A stretch of 64,000 nucleotides of DNA, taken from assembly GCF_030144855.1 (NCBI RefSeq), contig NC_082722.1:27218001-27282000 (forward strand), in the 5' to 3' direction. Below, in pieces: positions 23,150-37,300 of this stretch. The translations under genes were made by a program, and so were the position numbers. Under the pieces are notes generated by a model. The model saw only the letters and a list, made by a program, of their open reading frames with translations. It did not search any database and was not told the DNA's origin. Every line of letters begins with the position of its first letter. The first letter of the stretch is position 1. This DNA comes from Hypanus sabinus (lineage: Eukaryota).

Positions 23150-26100
23150 TGAACCGAACTAGTGATTCGGAAAAGGTAAAAGTTGGTGGTATCTGGTTAA
23201 TGATAAACAGTGCTTCCCCGATGTGGGAGTTTTCCCCTAATCTTGTTCGTCCGAATTTGAACACCTCAGGATCAAACGCTGTCCATTCTATTTACCAAGA
23301 GAGCACTCCTTCTTTATCTTGATCGCAGTTTGCAAACCGCCAAACACCATATCATCGCCAAGCAGATAACAGTCCATCTCGTGGAATTCAGTAAGGCTTG
23401 TCGGAAGAAATCTCTGCCCAATTACCCGAGCATATGACCTGTAGCACCAGAAGACCACGCACGCTAGAAAACGGCTACTGTATAAAATGATAAGAAATGC
23501 CTACAGTTCCAAGCCAAAAAGCCATATCAATTCACTTGGCTGTCCTTCTCCTGCTAGTATAGAGACAAAAGCAAACGGGGAAGTATCCAGAAATTAGGAC
23601 AACAAAAATGTCGTCGCGGGAGGCGGAGCAACGGCTATAGCATTTCTTCAAGTCGATGGACTGGTCGATGTTCAAGGTCTCGTCTACGAAACTGAATTAA
23701 TACACTACGGTTATCACGGACGTGAAAAATAATACATAGTTGTAGTCAAGTGAGTCCAAGAGGCCTTGAGGAACAATGGCATCTGCAGCTTGCTGAGGTC
23801 AGATCTCAGGCAATCAAGATTGGCGACCAATAGTTATAAAAGGACCATAAAGCGAATCATGGGCGAAATGGCAATTCCAGATTAAACTTGAATGTATGAA
23901 GGATGCCCAACAGTTGCGGCTGGGCTTGAATGCTATCAAAGTGCAATGAAACCAGAAAATCTGCAGATATTGGAAATCCGAAGCCACTCACACAATATAT
24001 TGGAGGAGCTCAGCAGGCCAGGCAGCATTTATGGAACAGAATAATCAGTCGTCGCCTCGGACCCAGATCCATCATCAAGGAATGGGAAGAAGTCAGAAAA
24101 AGAGGGAGAGGAGGAGCCTTGGTTCAGACCCTTCATAAAGACATCCGTGACTCTTCACCGGCTCTCGATTTCCAGAATGAATACAAGCACCCTGGCCCAG
24201 TTCGTTTCATTTTCACTATGAATGTCCAGCCTCTGTGCACTTCTTTTCACCTTCAGCACGATCGTAACGCTTTTCATTTCTTCTTGGACAGCAGACCTAA
24301 TCAGTTGCACTGTCGTCGGTCTGGAATATATGGAATTCATCTTCAACAATTTCTCGTTGGGATCTTCTGACTTCCTTCAAACCCAAAGTACAGCTATGGG
24401 CACCCGCATGAGTACTCGCAATGCCTGACCTTTCGTTGGCCATGTGGAACAGACAATGTCCCAACTTTACACCACCATCGCTCCCCAACTCTTCCAAATT
24501 AGTCTTCCAAACAGTACAAGTGCCACACTTGTCCATATACCTCCTCACTTACGAACACTCAGGGCCCCAAACAGTGTGAAGACACCGCAACTGGGATACC
24601 ATTAGGAATACCTACTGTATCCAAAGCTCACGATGTGGCATCCTGTTTTTCGGTGAGACCCGACGTAGACTGGAAGAACGCTTCGTCGAGTACCTTTTCT
24701 CCGTCTGCCACAAAAATTGAGATTCACCAATGACCACACATTTAATTCCAGTTCCCATTCCCTTGCCGTCATGTCAGCCCATGGCTTACTGTACTGCCAC
24801 GATCAGGCCACACTCAGGTTGGAAGCCCAACGCCTTATATTCCTTCAGGGTAGGCTCCAAACTGATGGGATCAACTTCCGGTAATTACTCCAGTTTTCCC
24901 ACTCCCATCACTTCCCATTCTAGTTTCCGTCTCTTGCCTTAGCTGCCCAGCACCTCCCTCTGGTGATCGTCCTCCTTCCTTTTTTTCCATCCTCTCCTAT
25001 CAGGTTCCCACTTCTCCAACCCTTCACTTCATTGAACAATCAACACCATGGCTCTTCACCTCTTCTCCTCCCTTTCTCCAAGGTGCCACCTATTACCTGC
25101 CACTTTGAATGTCGGCTATTTACTAATTTTTATTGTTGCTGCCTACCCTGCTAAGCTCCTTCAGCATTTTGTGTGTGTTGTTTGGAAATCAATCGGCATT
25201 GGTAACAATAATGCTTCCCGACCAGATGAGCTAAAAGTCTTCTATTCTTGCCGTGATCGGAGAAACAGAAAAGACCCACCACGAACTCCCACAGATCCAG
25301 ATGATTCTGGGAATTCAGTCTCTGAGACGACTTGACAATAGCCTTTAGGACAGTGAACCCCCGGAAGGCATCCGGCCCAGATGGGATACTTGTCGGGAAC
25401 TAAGTTAATGTGCTGATCAGTCTAAGGTGTTCCTCGTCTTTAAGTCGGCTGTGATTTTACCGGTGCTTAAGAAGAAAGTGGTTACCTGCCATCTTCGTGC
25501 AGCACTTCGATCCAGAGTGAGAAAGTGTTTTGAGGGCTTGGTAATGTACAATATACACTGCAGCATAATACGCGACTGAGATCCGTCTACTTTGCCTACC
25601 GTTAGGACAGATCTACAGCAGGTGTTATTTTATTGGCTCTTCAATCACTATGGAATACCTGGATAAATCAGAATGCTCTTTATCGACTCATCTTGAAATG
25701 CAATACTACCATCTCTTCAAACCTAATCAATAAGCTTGAAGACATTAGCTTCAATATCGGCTTGAGCAATTTATTCCGCGATTTCCTCACTTGAAAAACC
25801 CGGTGCTTACATAGTGGCAACAACATCTCCTCCACAATTCCATCAGTACAGGTTCCCTACAAGGCTTTGTGATCACCATCCTGCTCTGATCGATTTACAC
25901 CTATGATTGTGCGGCTAAGCACAGCTACAATGCATATATAAGATTCCTGAGGACACTACTGTCGTGGAAAGAATCAAAGTTGGAGTCCAATTAGTCTGTC
26001 GGAGTTAGATTGAAAATCTGACTGCGTTTTGCCACAGAAAGAAGAACATAAAAGCTCTTATTCAATATCAGCAAGAGGAACGAGCTGATGATTGAACTCA

Positions 26101-26620
26101 GGAGGAAGAAACCGTATGTCCATCAGCCAGTCCTCATCGGGGGTTCAGAGCTAGAGAGCGTTAGCCACTTTTAGTTACTCAATGTTATAATTTCAGAGGA
26201 CCTTTCCTGGTTACGATGAAAGCATGGCAGCTCATCGGCTTACTTCGGAGTTTGTGAAGAAATGGCTTTGCCTAACTTCTGTAGATGTGCAGCGGAGATT
26301 AGACTGAAACATCTATGCCCTAGAACAGAAAAACCTTCAAAATGTAGTGGATGCGGCCCAACCCAGCACAGATAAAGTCCTCCTCATCATTGAGCACATC
26401 TACATGCAGAGGTATCACAAGCAGAAGCACCCATCATCACGGGCCCCACCAGCCAGGTCATGCTTTCCTCTCGATACTGCCGTCAGGAAAAAGCAACAGG
26501 AGACTCTGGACTCATACCATCAAGTTCAGGAAAAGTTATCGCCCCTCAACAATCACGGCCCTGAACTAGAGGGATTAACTGCACCGATTTTCACATGACC
26601 TAGTACTGAACTGTTCCCTC
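23150..26620 (+). mobile_element. Rex1/Babar LINE (endonuclease about 23150-23900; RT/3' about 25190-26620), split by a Penelope insertion
   Basis: CPFYLPRE-like EN motif at about 23280; RT-region motifs (ggcaacaacatctcctccac, gatttacacctatgattg, cctgaggacactact); 3' UTR. Confidence 0.7.
23925..25185 (+). mobile_element. Penelope-like element (RT plus GIY-YIG, degenerate) nested in Rex1
   Basis: FIFTMNVQPL, FFLDSRPNQ, NNFSLGSSDFLQTQSTAMGTRM RT motifs; ggtgagacccgacgtagactggaagaacgcttc (GIY-YIG region); pyrimidine-rich 3' end. Confidence 0.85.
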
Positions 26621-26657
26621 AACCTATGTACTCACTTTCAAGTACTCTTCGTTTCAG

Positions 26658-26888
26658 NNNNNNNNNNNNNNNNNNNNNNNNNNNNNNNNNNNNNNNNNNN
26701 NNNNNNNNNNNNNNNNNNNNNNNNNNNNNNNNNNNNNNNNNNNNNNNNNNNNNNNNNNNNNNNNNNNNNNNNNNNNNNNNNNNNNNNNNNNNNNNNNNNN
26801 NNNNNNNNNNNNNNNNNNNNNNNNNNNNNNNNNNNNNNNNNNNNNNNNNNNNNNNNNNNNNNNNNNNNNNNNNNNNNNNNNNNNNNNN
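26658..26888. other. Assembly gap
   Basis: Run of N. Confidence 1.
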
Positions 26889-27254
26889 ACTTTTTATTCT
26901 ACTTTTTTCTCAGCTCAGGTTGGTTAAACCTCAGGAATGGCCTCTTGCCAAATACACTCAGTTCTCATTTGTTAGGAATATTCAGACTATTCCAGTGATG
27001 TTCCGTATTGTGGCTTCTGAAGATTTACATAAATTGTACTGTATATATCGAATTGGTTGATGATACTGTGTTGAGACTGTGGGATGATACCAGTTGTAGA
27101 TATTACTATTTGAACAGAGTACCCGGTTCATATTCCATTGTCTTTCAATTTCCTTTTTGAATCAAACATATTTCTGGTGTTTTTTTTTTCTTTTATTGGC
27201 TTCTATATGTTGTGTTTTCTTGGAATGGCTATATCTATTAAGGAAGATGACTTG

Positions 27255-27620
27255 CAGTCTTAGGTCCCAGACCACCATGTTTAGGAACAATGAGTACCTT
27301 CAACCATCAGGCTTCTGAACCAACGTGGATAATTTCATTCTCTCGATACTGAGCTGATTCAATAAACGATGGACTTGTTTTGAATTACCTTACAACTCTT
27401 TTTTTTAGCATATTTCTTCACCTAATTAGTTATAATTATTGTAATTTTCTGTATTTGCACAGTTTGTCTTTCTTTGCACATTGGTTGTTCGTCAATCTTT
27501 GTACGCAGCTTTTCATTGAGTGCACTGCATTTCTTTGTTGGGCTGCGCATCCTGTAAGAAAATGAGTCACGGGGTAATAAATGGTGACATATACGTACTT
27601 TGTTATTAAGTTTACTTTGA
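27255..27620 (+). mobile_element. Rex1-type LINE 3' UTR fragment
   Basis: ttcaaccatcaggcttctgaac and ...gacatatacgtactttg...aagtttactttgaac tail, similar to the 26.4-26.6 kb and 55.4-55.9 kb copies. Confidence 0.5.
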
Positions 27621-28479
27621 ACGCTGAACTTTAATTTAAGGAATGGTGCAAATACACTGGAAACAGTTCTGCGTAATGATATATAAGTATCATCCGTAGA
27701 TGGGTGCGTAGTCAGTTAAGGCATGTTGGCCCGATTACATTAGTATCCGCTAAAATTTAGAAACGGAAAAGTGGTATCGATTGATATGTAATTGATCTTG
27801 AGGGCTCTAAAAGAGGAAGCTATGAAAGGTTTATATGCCCATGAGAGGATAAATAAGTTACTCTCAGCGTCTCGTATCTTTGGATATCTCTTCCTGAACC
27901 AAAACATTGAAACTCATATTTTTGTGTCTTTTTAATGTTGACAATAACATCTGCTCATGAAAGCAACAAGTCGAAAGTTACTTTGAGTGGGCGGGGTTGG
28001 AATTTGATGTTACCGTCAGATCAGTCACAATTTCATGGAATGGCAAAACATGCCCAGCTGCCAAGTGCTCTAATTCTGCTATGTCGTTTTCCAAGTAGCC
28101 TGCAGATTTTAATATTCCAGATATATCTTTGAAATCGCCGTCTGACAAGAAGGTAAACTCCGTTCTCTTTTGAGTCACCTCCAACATCTCTCTGCAGCCA
28201 GGCACATTGAGCAGCCCCGAATTTTAACTCAATGCCAAAACTGCATGGTATTTGATTGCCCGGTTTGTTCGAATAATTAGATTATATACCAATTTTATTA
28301 GGTGTTCCTGCTTACCTGCTCGTTAAAGCAGATATCTAGTCAGGCTTATATGTGCCAGCAAAGGAAGGGATGCAAGTATACCGACATTCAAAAAAGCACA
28401 GTTGTTGTTCGGGCCAAGCATCAGATTCGGGAAAAAATGCGAACTAAGTGGCTTTGACCATGGAGTGATTGTTAGAACA

Positions 28480-31400
28480 CTAGAATACGAGAATACTACA
28501 GCACAGTATAGGCCCTTCAGCTCTCGATATAGTGCAGGCCCATATATACCTTAAAGAAAGTATTAAACCTACACTACCCCGTAAACCTCTAGTTTTCTTT
28601 CATTTCTGTGCCTGTCCAAGAGTCTCTTAAATACCCCAAATGTTGTAGTCTCCACCACCATCCCTGGCAAGTTACTCCAAGCTCCCACAACCCTCTGGAA
28701 AATAACTTACCCCTGATGCCTCCCCTAAACTTCCCACCCTTAACTTTGTACATATGCCCTCTGGTGATTGCTATGCATGCCCTGGGAAACGAGAAATGGC
28801 TATCTGCCCTATCTATGCCTCTTATAATCTTCCAGACCTCTACCAAGTCCCCTCTCATCTTTCTACGCTCCAAAGAGAGAAGTCCCAGTTCTGCTAACCT
28901 TGCCTCATAAGACTTGTTTTCCAATCCGGGCAATCTCCTATGCACCCTCCCCATAGCTTCCGCATTCTTCCTATAATGAGATGACCAGAACTGAAAACAG
29001 TACTCTTTGTGTGATCCCACCAGAAATTTGTAGAGTTGCAAAATGAACTCTCTACTCTTGAACTCAATCCCCTTATTAATGAAGCCTAGCATCCGATGGG
29101 CCTTCTTAACTATCCGATAAACCTGTGCATCGACCTTGAGAGATGTATGGATTTGAACCCAAAGCTCCCTCTGTTCATCCACACTCTTAAGTAACCGACC
29201 ATTAACCCTGTACTCAGCCTTCTGGCTTGTCCTTCCAAAATGCATCACCTCACAGTTTTCCGGATTGAACTCCATCTGACATTTTTTTTACTAAAGTGTG
29301 TATCCTGTCCATGGCTTCTTGTAACATTCGACAACCTACAGCTCCATGCACAAATTCTCCAATCTTCGTGTTATCCGCAAACTTACTCATCCATCCTTCC
29401 TCCTCTTCATCCAGGTCATTTATAAAAATCACAAAGAGCAGAGGTCACCAGTCAGATTCTTGCGGCAAACCACTGTTCACGTCCTCCAGACAGAATACTT
29501 TCCTTCCACTACCACCCTCTGCTTTCTTCCTGTAAGCCATTTTTTAATTTATCCAAACAGCCAAGGTTGCACTGATCCTACGCTTCATAACATTCTGGAT
29601 GAATTTCTCGTGGAGGACCTTGTCAAATGCCTTGCTAAAATCCATGAAGACGACATCTAGCGCCCTACCATCATTAATCTCATTTGTCACCACTTCAAAA
29701 AACACAATTAGGCTCGTGAGCCATGACGTTCCCTTCACAAATCTATGTTGACTATCCCTGAGTAGACTGTACTTCTCCAAATGCTCGTTGATCCTATCCT
29801 AAATAATCCTTTCAAATAGATTGCCGATGAATGACGTAAGACTCATCCGTCCAAATTTCTCAGGATTCTCCCTATTACCTGTTTTTTTTAACCAGGGATA
29901 ATTATTTGTCATTTTTTTAATTCTCTGGCACTTCCCCTGCAGCCAAAGCGAATTAAAAGATTATAGCTACAGCTCCAGCAATCTCTTCTTTCACTTCCCA
30001 CAACAACCTGGGTATATCACGTCCGGCACTGGGGACATAAAAATCTTGATGTTTTTAAGAAGATCTAACACTTCTTATTCCTTAATCTCCACATAGTCCA
30101 GCACACAGGCCTGTTCTATTTCGACGTCATCCTGATCAAGGTCCTTTTCAGTTGAACATACTGAAGCAAGGTATTCATTTAGGACCTCCTCAACCTCCTC
30201 CACCTCCAGGCACATGTTGCCTTCTGTATCCTTCAGCGGCCCCACCTTCCGTCTTGTCATCCTTCTGTCATCACATATGCATAGAACGCCTTGGGGCTCT
30301 TCTTAATCCTACATGCCAAGGCCTTCTGATGGCCCCTTCAGGCTATCCTAAGATCTTTCTTAATATCCGTGGCTACCCTATATTTATGATGAGCCGCTCC
30401 TGCTTCCTGCTTCTTATATCTAACACATGCTTCCTTCCTCCTCTTCACGAGTTGCCTCACGTGTTTCGTCAGCCACGATTCCCATTTTCTACCATTTTTC
30501 CTTGTGTCATTGAGACAACCCGATCCTGAACACAGCACAAGTGGTCCCTAAGCTTCCTCCTCATTACTTCGGTGCTTTCACCCTTAAACATCTGTTTCCA
30601 ATTTACTCTCACTAGTTCCTGCCGCATTCCTTCATAGTTACCCCTTCCCCAGTTAAGCACTTTTCCATTCTGTCTGTTATTATCCTTTTCCATAGCTCTG
30701 CTGAAGCTAAGGGGGCTGTGGTCACTCTCACCAATATGCTCCCCCACCAAGAGGTGTGCCACCTGACTAGGTTCATTACCCAGTACTAAATCCAGTATGC
30801 ACTCTCCTTTCGTCGGCCGGTCCACATACTGTATCAGGAATCCTTCTTGAACACAGCTGAAAAATTCTGCTCCATCTATGCCCCTTGCAGTCAGGAGGTG
30901 ACAGTCAATATGAGAGAAGTTGACATCACTCATAACTACAACCCTGTATTCCCTGCACCCTTCTGCGTGCGTATCTGCTCCTGGGTATCTCGATGTCTAT
31001 TTGGGGGCTTATAGACTACACCCAGTAATTGTTCCCTTCCTATTTCAGACTTCCACCCACAGCGACTCAATGGACACTCCCTCTGTAGCGTCCTCCCTTT
31101 CTATGCCGCGATACACTCCCTGACCAGTAATTCTATTCCCCACCTCCTTTTCAACCTCCCATCCTATTCCTTTTAAAACATCTAAACCCTGGTACTAGCA
31201 TCAGCCAATCCGGCCCTTCCTCCAGCCAAGTTTCAGCAACGGCCACAACATCGTAATTGCACGTACTGAACCATGTTCTGATTTTATCCCCATTATTCCT
31301 AATACTCGGGTGTTGAAATAGACACATTTCAACATTCAAACTGGATACATTCTTGTTGTGCCCCCTGCCTGTCCCTCCTCACCAACTCAAAACACATAGC

Positions 31401-32745
31401 ATCATGTCCTTGTCCTTCCACCCTAATCTATGCACGCAAATTCTGATTCCCACTCCTCAGGCAAACGAGTTTAAACCCACCCCAACAGCTCTAGTAAACC
31501 TGCCTGCCAGGATATTGGTCCTTTTCCAGTTCAGATGCAGCCTATCCTTTTTGTACAGGTCGGACCTACCCCAGTAGAGATCCCAATGATACAAAATTCT
31601 GAACCCCTATTCCGATACTTCTGTAAGGCATTCATCTGCGATAACTTCCTCTTCCTACCCTCTCTGTCTCGTGGCATAGGCAACAATTCCGAGATTACTA
31701 CCCAAGAGGTCCTGCTTTTGAAATGTTTTCCTAACTCCCTATATTCCTTCTTCAGGACTTCATCCCTACTCCTATCTATGCCATTGGACCCCACGTGGAC
31801 CAGGACAACTGGCTGCTGACCCACTCCTGATAATACCGAGAACTCCATCCGAGATATCGCGGACCCTGGCACCAGGGATTTTCAATCTCTCTCAAAGTAT
31901 CTCTTATCTGCCCCCCTAAATATAGATTCGCCTAGCACTACTGCCTACCTCTTTTTCCTCCTTCTTTTCTGAGCTGAGGGTCCAGTCGGTGACAGAGACG
32001 AGACCACTACAACTTGTCACTGATAGGTCGTCCCCATCAGCAGTATCCAAAATAGTGTACTTATTGTTGATGGGAACGGCCACTGGGGTGCTCTGTTTTT
32101 TCTCTCTATTCCCCTTCCCTCTCCTGACAGTCACCCAGTTACATGTTCCCTGACTTTTATGGGTGACTGTCTCCCTGGAACACCGATCTATTACTGCCTC
32201 TGCCTCCCGAACGATCCGAAGTTAATGCAACTCCAGCTACATAACACGGTTTGACAGGAACTGCAGCTGGATGCATCTTCTGCTGACCTAGCCATCAGAG
32301 ACAATTGTGCTGTCCCTGACTTCCACATCCTACAATCGGGGCACTAGACTGCGTTATCTATTACCTCCATTATCAACTCCTAAGTTAATTAAATTAATTA
32401 AACAAACTTACCTGGCCTTATATCACTGGGAGTAAGCCCGTCCTCCAACGCTTCTCTCCGAAGCCTCTCTCCAGCCAAAGCCTAAAAGCCACTCCGTCAC
32501 TGGCCCACCTACTCACTGGCCGCTCTGTTTGAACTACCCCTCGTGTTATTTGTTTGAGCTTTTCAATTTTCGATTACCCAATCAACTGTTTTCTGCTGAG
32601 TCTGAGCTGTTTCAATATTGATTGACTTTGTTGCACAATCCAGCTACCAAATCTGCCAAAGCTTCTCGAGCCAAAGCCTAAAAGCTCCACTCCTTCACTG
32701 GTCCACTCAATCACTGGATGCTCTGCTTGAGCTACCCAATTGTTG
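28480..32745 (-). mobile_element. Near full-length CR1 LINE (ORF1 with SGNH esterase region; ORF2 EN plus RT), many stops and frameshifts
   Basis: VLVHVGSNGI...VVISELLP (ORF1); YDVVAVAETWL, ILDLVLGNEP, DHSPL (EN); QHRFVKG, DFSKAFDKV, KFADNTKIG, YCFQFWS, TRGH (RT). Confidence 0.92.
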
Positions 32746-33099
32746 GTGCTTGACTGGGTGATTTGATACTCAGAAACTGTTGATAGGCTGGGAACTTCAT
32801 GTACAACAGTCTCTAAATTTTAAAGAGAATAGTGCGAAAAAAAAAACTCGAAAAGCATCAAGTGAGTGACAATTATTTGAGCGAAAACTAGTAGTTAATG
32901 AGAGAGCCCAGAGGAGACTGGCTGGACTGGCTTGTTACAGTAATGGTGCACTGAAGAGCATCTCTGAAAGCACAGCCCGTCGAACCTTGTAGCAGATGGG
33001 CTGTAGCAGCAAAAGATCACGAACATACAGAAATACACTCAGTGGCCACTTTATTGAATTCTTCATGTAGTTAATAAATTTGTCACTGCGATTATTGTG

Positions 33100-34342
33100 T
33101 CTATGGATCCGAAGGAGGAGGAGGCTGAAGAGCCTGCAGGAGCAGTGCAGGCCATGTGTTTCTGTTTGGAGAAGATCAAACAGCAGCAACCAATCGCAGA
33201 AATGAGGAAGAATACGGAATCGAAGGATGATGTGCTGGTTGTGTGTTACATGCTGCCTTTTGCTGACTTTCATTCGATTGAGGAAGAGACCTTTGGCCCT
33301 TCTCCCACTGAGTCAGGTGTAGTGGGAAGGGTCAGCTGTGTGCAGTGGGGTCATGACTGAGAGGTTAAGAGAGGAGTTGGTAGCGGGCTCGAGGTATCCC
33401 CAGTTGTGTCCGAGCCTGAAGGGTTTAGTGGAAGGGGTGTGGAGGTCTCAGAGGGTTACGAAACTCCCAGATAGTTGGCCTATGTAGCGCCTGAGGAACA
33501 GGGTGTGAGGTTTTCTGTGTGGGGAGGAAATGTCAGTGTTTGTGCTTGGGTTAGGGTGTGTTGGCAGGAAAGGTGGCGAGTTATTTAATAGTCATGCGGA
33601 CATGACTTTTATCTGGTGGGAGGAGAGTGTAAAGGGGGTTTCTTATTTTTCTTTATTACTGTGTATGTAAATCAAAATGGTTTCTTTGTTTTGTTAAAAG
33701 TAGGAATGCTTCTTTGTCATGAGAGAGTGCTGGAAGCTTGCTTGGGTTAAAATTTACTGATAACGAGAATTGTATTCCTTTGTTAACCAATTGGGATTAA
33801 TGTTGCTCTTTCTTCTGAGTCTGTAAGCTATTGTTGGCGGGATTTTGGGGGAATCGGCGCGAGAGAGAGAGACAGAGAGGACGCAATGCTGTAAGCTGGG
33901 CCAGGAACGGACCCCAAGCGGAGTCCAAGGCCAGGAGGTACCCAGAGGAGAGGGGACGAAGATAGATGTGCTTGGTTGACCACTTCGGGTGGTCCTGAGC
34001 TACGAGTCGAGGATTTCGGAGGGGATCGAATAATGGCCAGAAGACTTCACTAACTGAGCTCCAACGGCTGTGCATGATTTGTTTAGGACTTTGATAAGTT
34101 TGGCGCCTTTTCTTTATTTTCTTTTCCTTCATGTATACTGTATCGTTATTAATTACATAGTTATAGTAATCTTTATAAACTGTAATCATTTAATCGTATA
34201 TGGTGTCCTGTGTTGTTCTTTTGCGAGGCGGGGACATCACACAGCATCCACACAAGCTGATTAGCAAGTTTGGAGCGGCCGAAGGCTGCTCCCACAAGAC
34301 GAGAACGAGCTGAGCGAGCCTGAGGCGACCCAGGGGGTTACA
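33100..34342 (+). mobile_element. Gypsy LTR retrotransposon 3' end: post-integrase region, PPT and 3' LTR (33628-34342)
   Basis: Polypurine tract ggtgggaggagag directly before TGTAA; LTR ends ...GGGGGTTACA (TGTAA...TTACA inverted termini). Confidence 0.8.
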
Positions 34343-37300
34343 TACATCTGCGTACGCTGCAAATTCCTATTTCTGACTAACTACCGATGCAATTTTGATA
34401 CTGAGAAGGAGCAGAGCGTCCGAAACCGACTTGTTAAACTTGTAACTTGCGACCTGTGAAAGTAAATCATTTTGACCGCTAGTTCATCACCCTGCGGTTG
34501 AAGAGCCGCCCGTGTCTGAAACAAAATCTCTAGCTCTATGTGAGATCTCTATATCTATGTGTGCCTCTATCTCATTAATTATCAGCGGCAGGCTGTAATC
34601 GCAATGTTTGTCTTTTTAAATAAACTTTCTTTTTCTGATTTTCCATTCGGGCTGTAATGTTATGCTACGGGCCATCTCTCACGCACAGAGCAATGCACAT
34701 GCTCATTTTAACATCCAACGTTTCATATGAACGTTAATGCAATCTATTTATGGGAGCGGCTGAATGCTAAGATAAAAGCTGCTTTTCTGCAACCGACGCA
34801 TTGCAATAAGAATGTTGCAAATGAACATTTTAAGGATCGCCGTTGGTCGAATTGACCTGCTGCTTCTGGGAGTTGTAGATTCTGGCTTTTTGAATAATTG
34901 TAATAAAATTTGGGAAATAATTTTCGATCAAAATGCTGCCACCTTATACCTAGAAGATTGAAAGGTAGACTTTTTTACCTGCGTCTCAGTGTCTGTCTGT
35001 TTTGCAGTAACTTCGGTGATTATCGGAATAAGCTGAATGCTAGGTCCTTTTTCAGATTTCGAGGCATTATCTGGCTATATAAAAAATCGTGACGTTATTA
35101 TATAGAAGATTTACATTTTCAAAGTTTTTTTTTCTTTTTACTTTAAAACTGTGTTTCAGAGAAATCATCAACAATCGTCTAATACAGACCCTGAATGTAA
35201 AGCAAAGATACTGTTGACTGTGCAAACGGAAAAATTGGGTGGTCGGGTGAAACCTTTTTTTTCCAGACATGTAGATTCGCAAACTTTGTAATTTGTGAAA
35301 TTTTGTAAAATATCATGCGATTAACATTGCCGTACAATGTTAAAATGTCTGTTTTCACAATGACAAGTATATTTTTTTTAAACTCATATCCCTAGCAATA
35401 AACGAATGTTTGCAAAACTTCCCATATTGAGACCCACGCTCCACATTTTTGCACAGTCATTTCAAACTGAGGAGCCATTTGTATTCCCGCCAAATGTTGA
35501 AAGGAAATTCCGGAGGAAAGATAAAATGTTCATTGTAAATATATTGCAAATAAATATGTAATGCAGTCAGCACGACTTCTTCCTGTTTAGCGAAGTTGTA
35601 AGATTGTAAGATTAACATTTTATTTGCTTCACTTACTGCAGTATTCTGCTTATAATTCAACAATCTTAGAATCTAAATACAACGTTTCGTCTCACCAAAT
35701 TTGTCTGACTCTCCACCTATCAAAGATTTACGCTTCCACTTGAAGGAAAGGGTTGGGAAGTGTGGGAGTCTATGAGCCCCCGATGAACATTGTATCATGA
35801 TGCAAATCGATTTTGTTACCCAAAGTAAGATCGCCTCAAGATTCTTGCTGAATGTCTGCAGAAGTACCAGTTATTCTAATATTGTGTTTTGTGTTTTACA
35901 TTCACCTTCATCTTTTGTGAATCTTATCCCCTCTCATCTAAAGTGTGTTATTTTTCCCGTCTGTGTTACATTGTGCTTTCAGCTGCTTCGGAAGTATTGG
36001 CTACAAAATCTACCTCAAGCTATCTACTTACTTTTTGCTCTGCACTCGATTCTGAAGATAACTATACGACTCAGTACCATGGTTCTACCTCCAGCATAGT
36101 ATAACTGAAGGTATTTCTTCATACATGACTAGCTATTGTGTGAATGGCCATATCGGGTACATTAATGAGAGTGAGAAGCAATTTGGAACTGATTTACTTG
36201 CTTCTGTTCGCCATAATGAAGCAATAATACCTACCATGTTTTTAGTCGGTGGAAAATATTTCCTTCTCAGTGCCGTGACTCCATAATAGTGATCATTGAA
36301 AATGTTATTTTGTTAATTTCAATTCAGATTCACAATATTATGAAAGCCATCTATTTATTCTTACAATAGATAAACATGACGTTGATCCTGAATCATCCGG
36401 TCTGCAGAGCATTTTTAACCGAATGGCCTGTACAGTGTTGTGTTGTTCTATGTTCTATGGGTTAAATGGGAGGCAGAGTATAAGGGTCGGCACAGCATTG
36501 CGGGCCGAAGGACCTATACTGTGCTGTATCGTTCTATGTTCTATGTAACACGTTTCTATGTTTGCTGTTTTTATTGGGTTAGGTGCCAGTTAATCCGATG
36601 AAGGGTGAAGCGTTGAAATAGAAATATCGTACCATTTAAATCGTGGTTAATTCTGTGATTTGTTTTGGATGACTGAACACAAAGGTACGTGTGGCTTCGA
36701 ATCAAGATCTGCACTCCAAATATAATCAACTTATACTTGAATGTTTATGTAGAACTCCATTACTCAACCTGTACATTTCACGGCATTGTTTGAAGGAAAG
36801 CCCAATACGACTAACTCATATTATTTAATCGCTAAATGTTGATATTTCAAGACAGCTTAAACAGTGCAATGTTTTCTTGAATCTAACTTTTCTCTTTTGA
36901 CTCCATCTACGTTTTCGTATGACGGTAATCTTTTTTTTTTCTTTTCTCTTTCTCTGCTTTGCAGCTATTTGTCAAATAATTTCTGTTCTACTTGATTCTC
37001 TTCTGTTCACTTGTGAACTCTGGAGAACCTCACGGATTTTGTGAGGATCCAAGGAGATATATCCTGCTGTCAGTTTATTTCTCCCTCATAACTGTAAAGA
37101 AACAATGCTTCCGAATAAAAAAAATATGGGCAATTGATACAACATGGATTATCTTCAAACCTCCGTATCAAATACCTGATAATCATTTTTCTTCAGCAGT
37201 GATGAGAAAACTATCCAGTTACCTCTTTTGATATTTGCGAAAAGACGAAGAATTTGGAACGTTAGCTCTTTGGGAATGGTCAAAAATTGAAGGAAGATAG

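Noticed and set aside
26626-27060. ORFs spanning N runs (also at 39.4-39.7 and 40.3-40.7 kb)
   Set aside because: Artefacts of assembly gaps.
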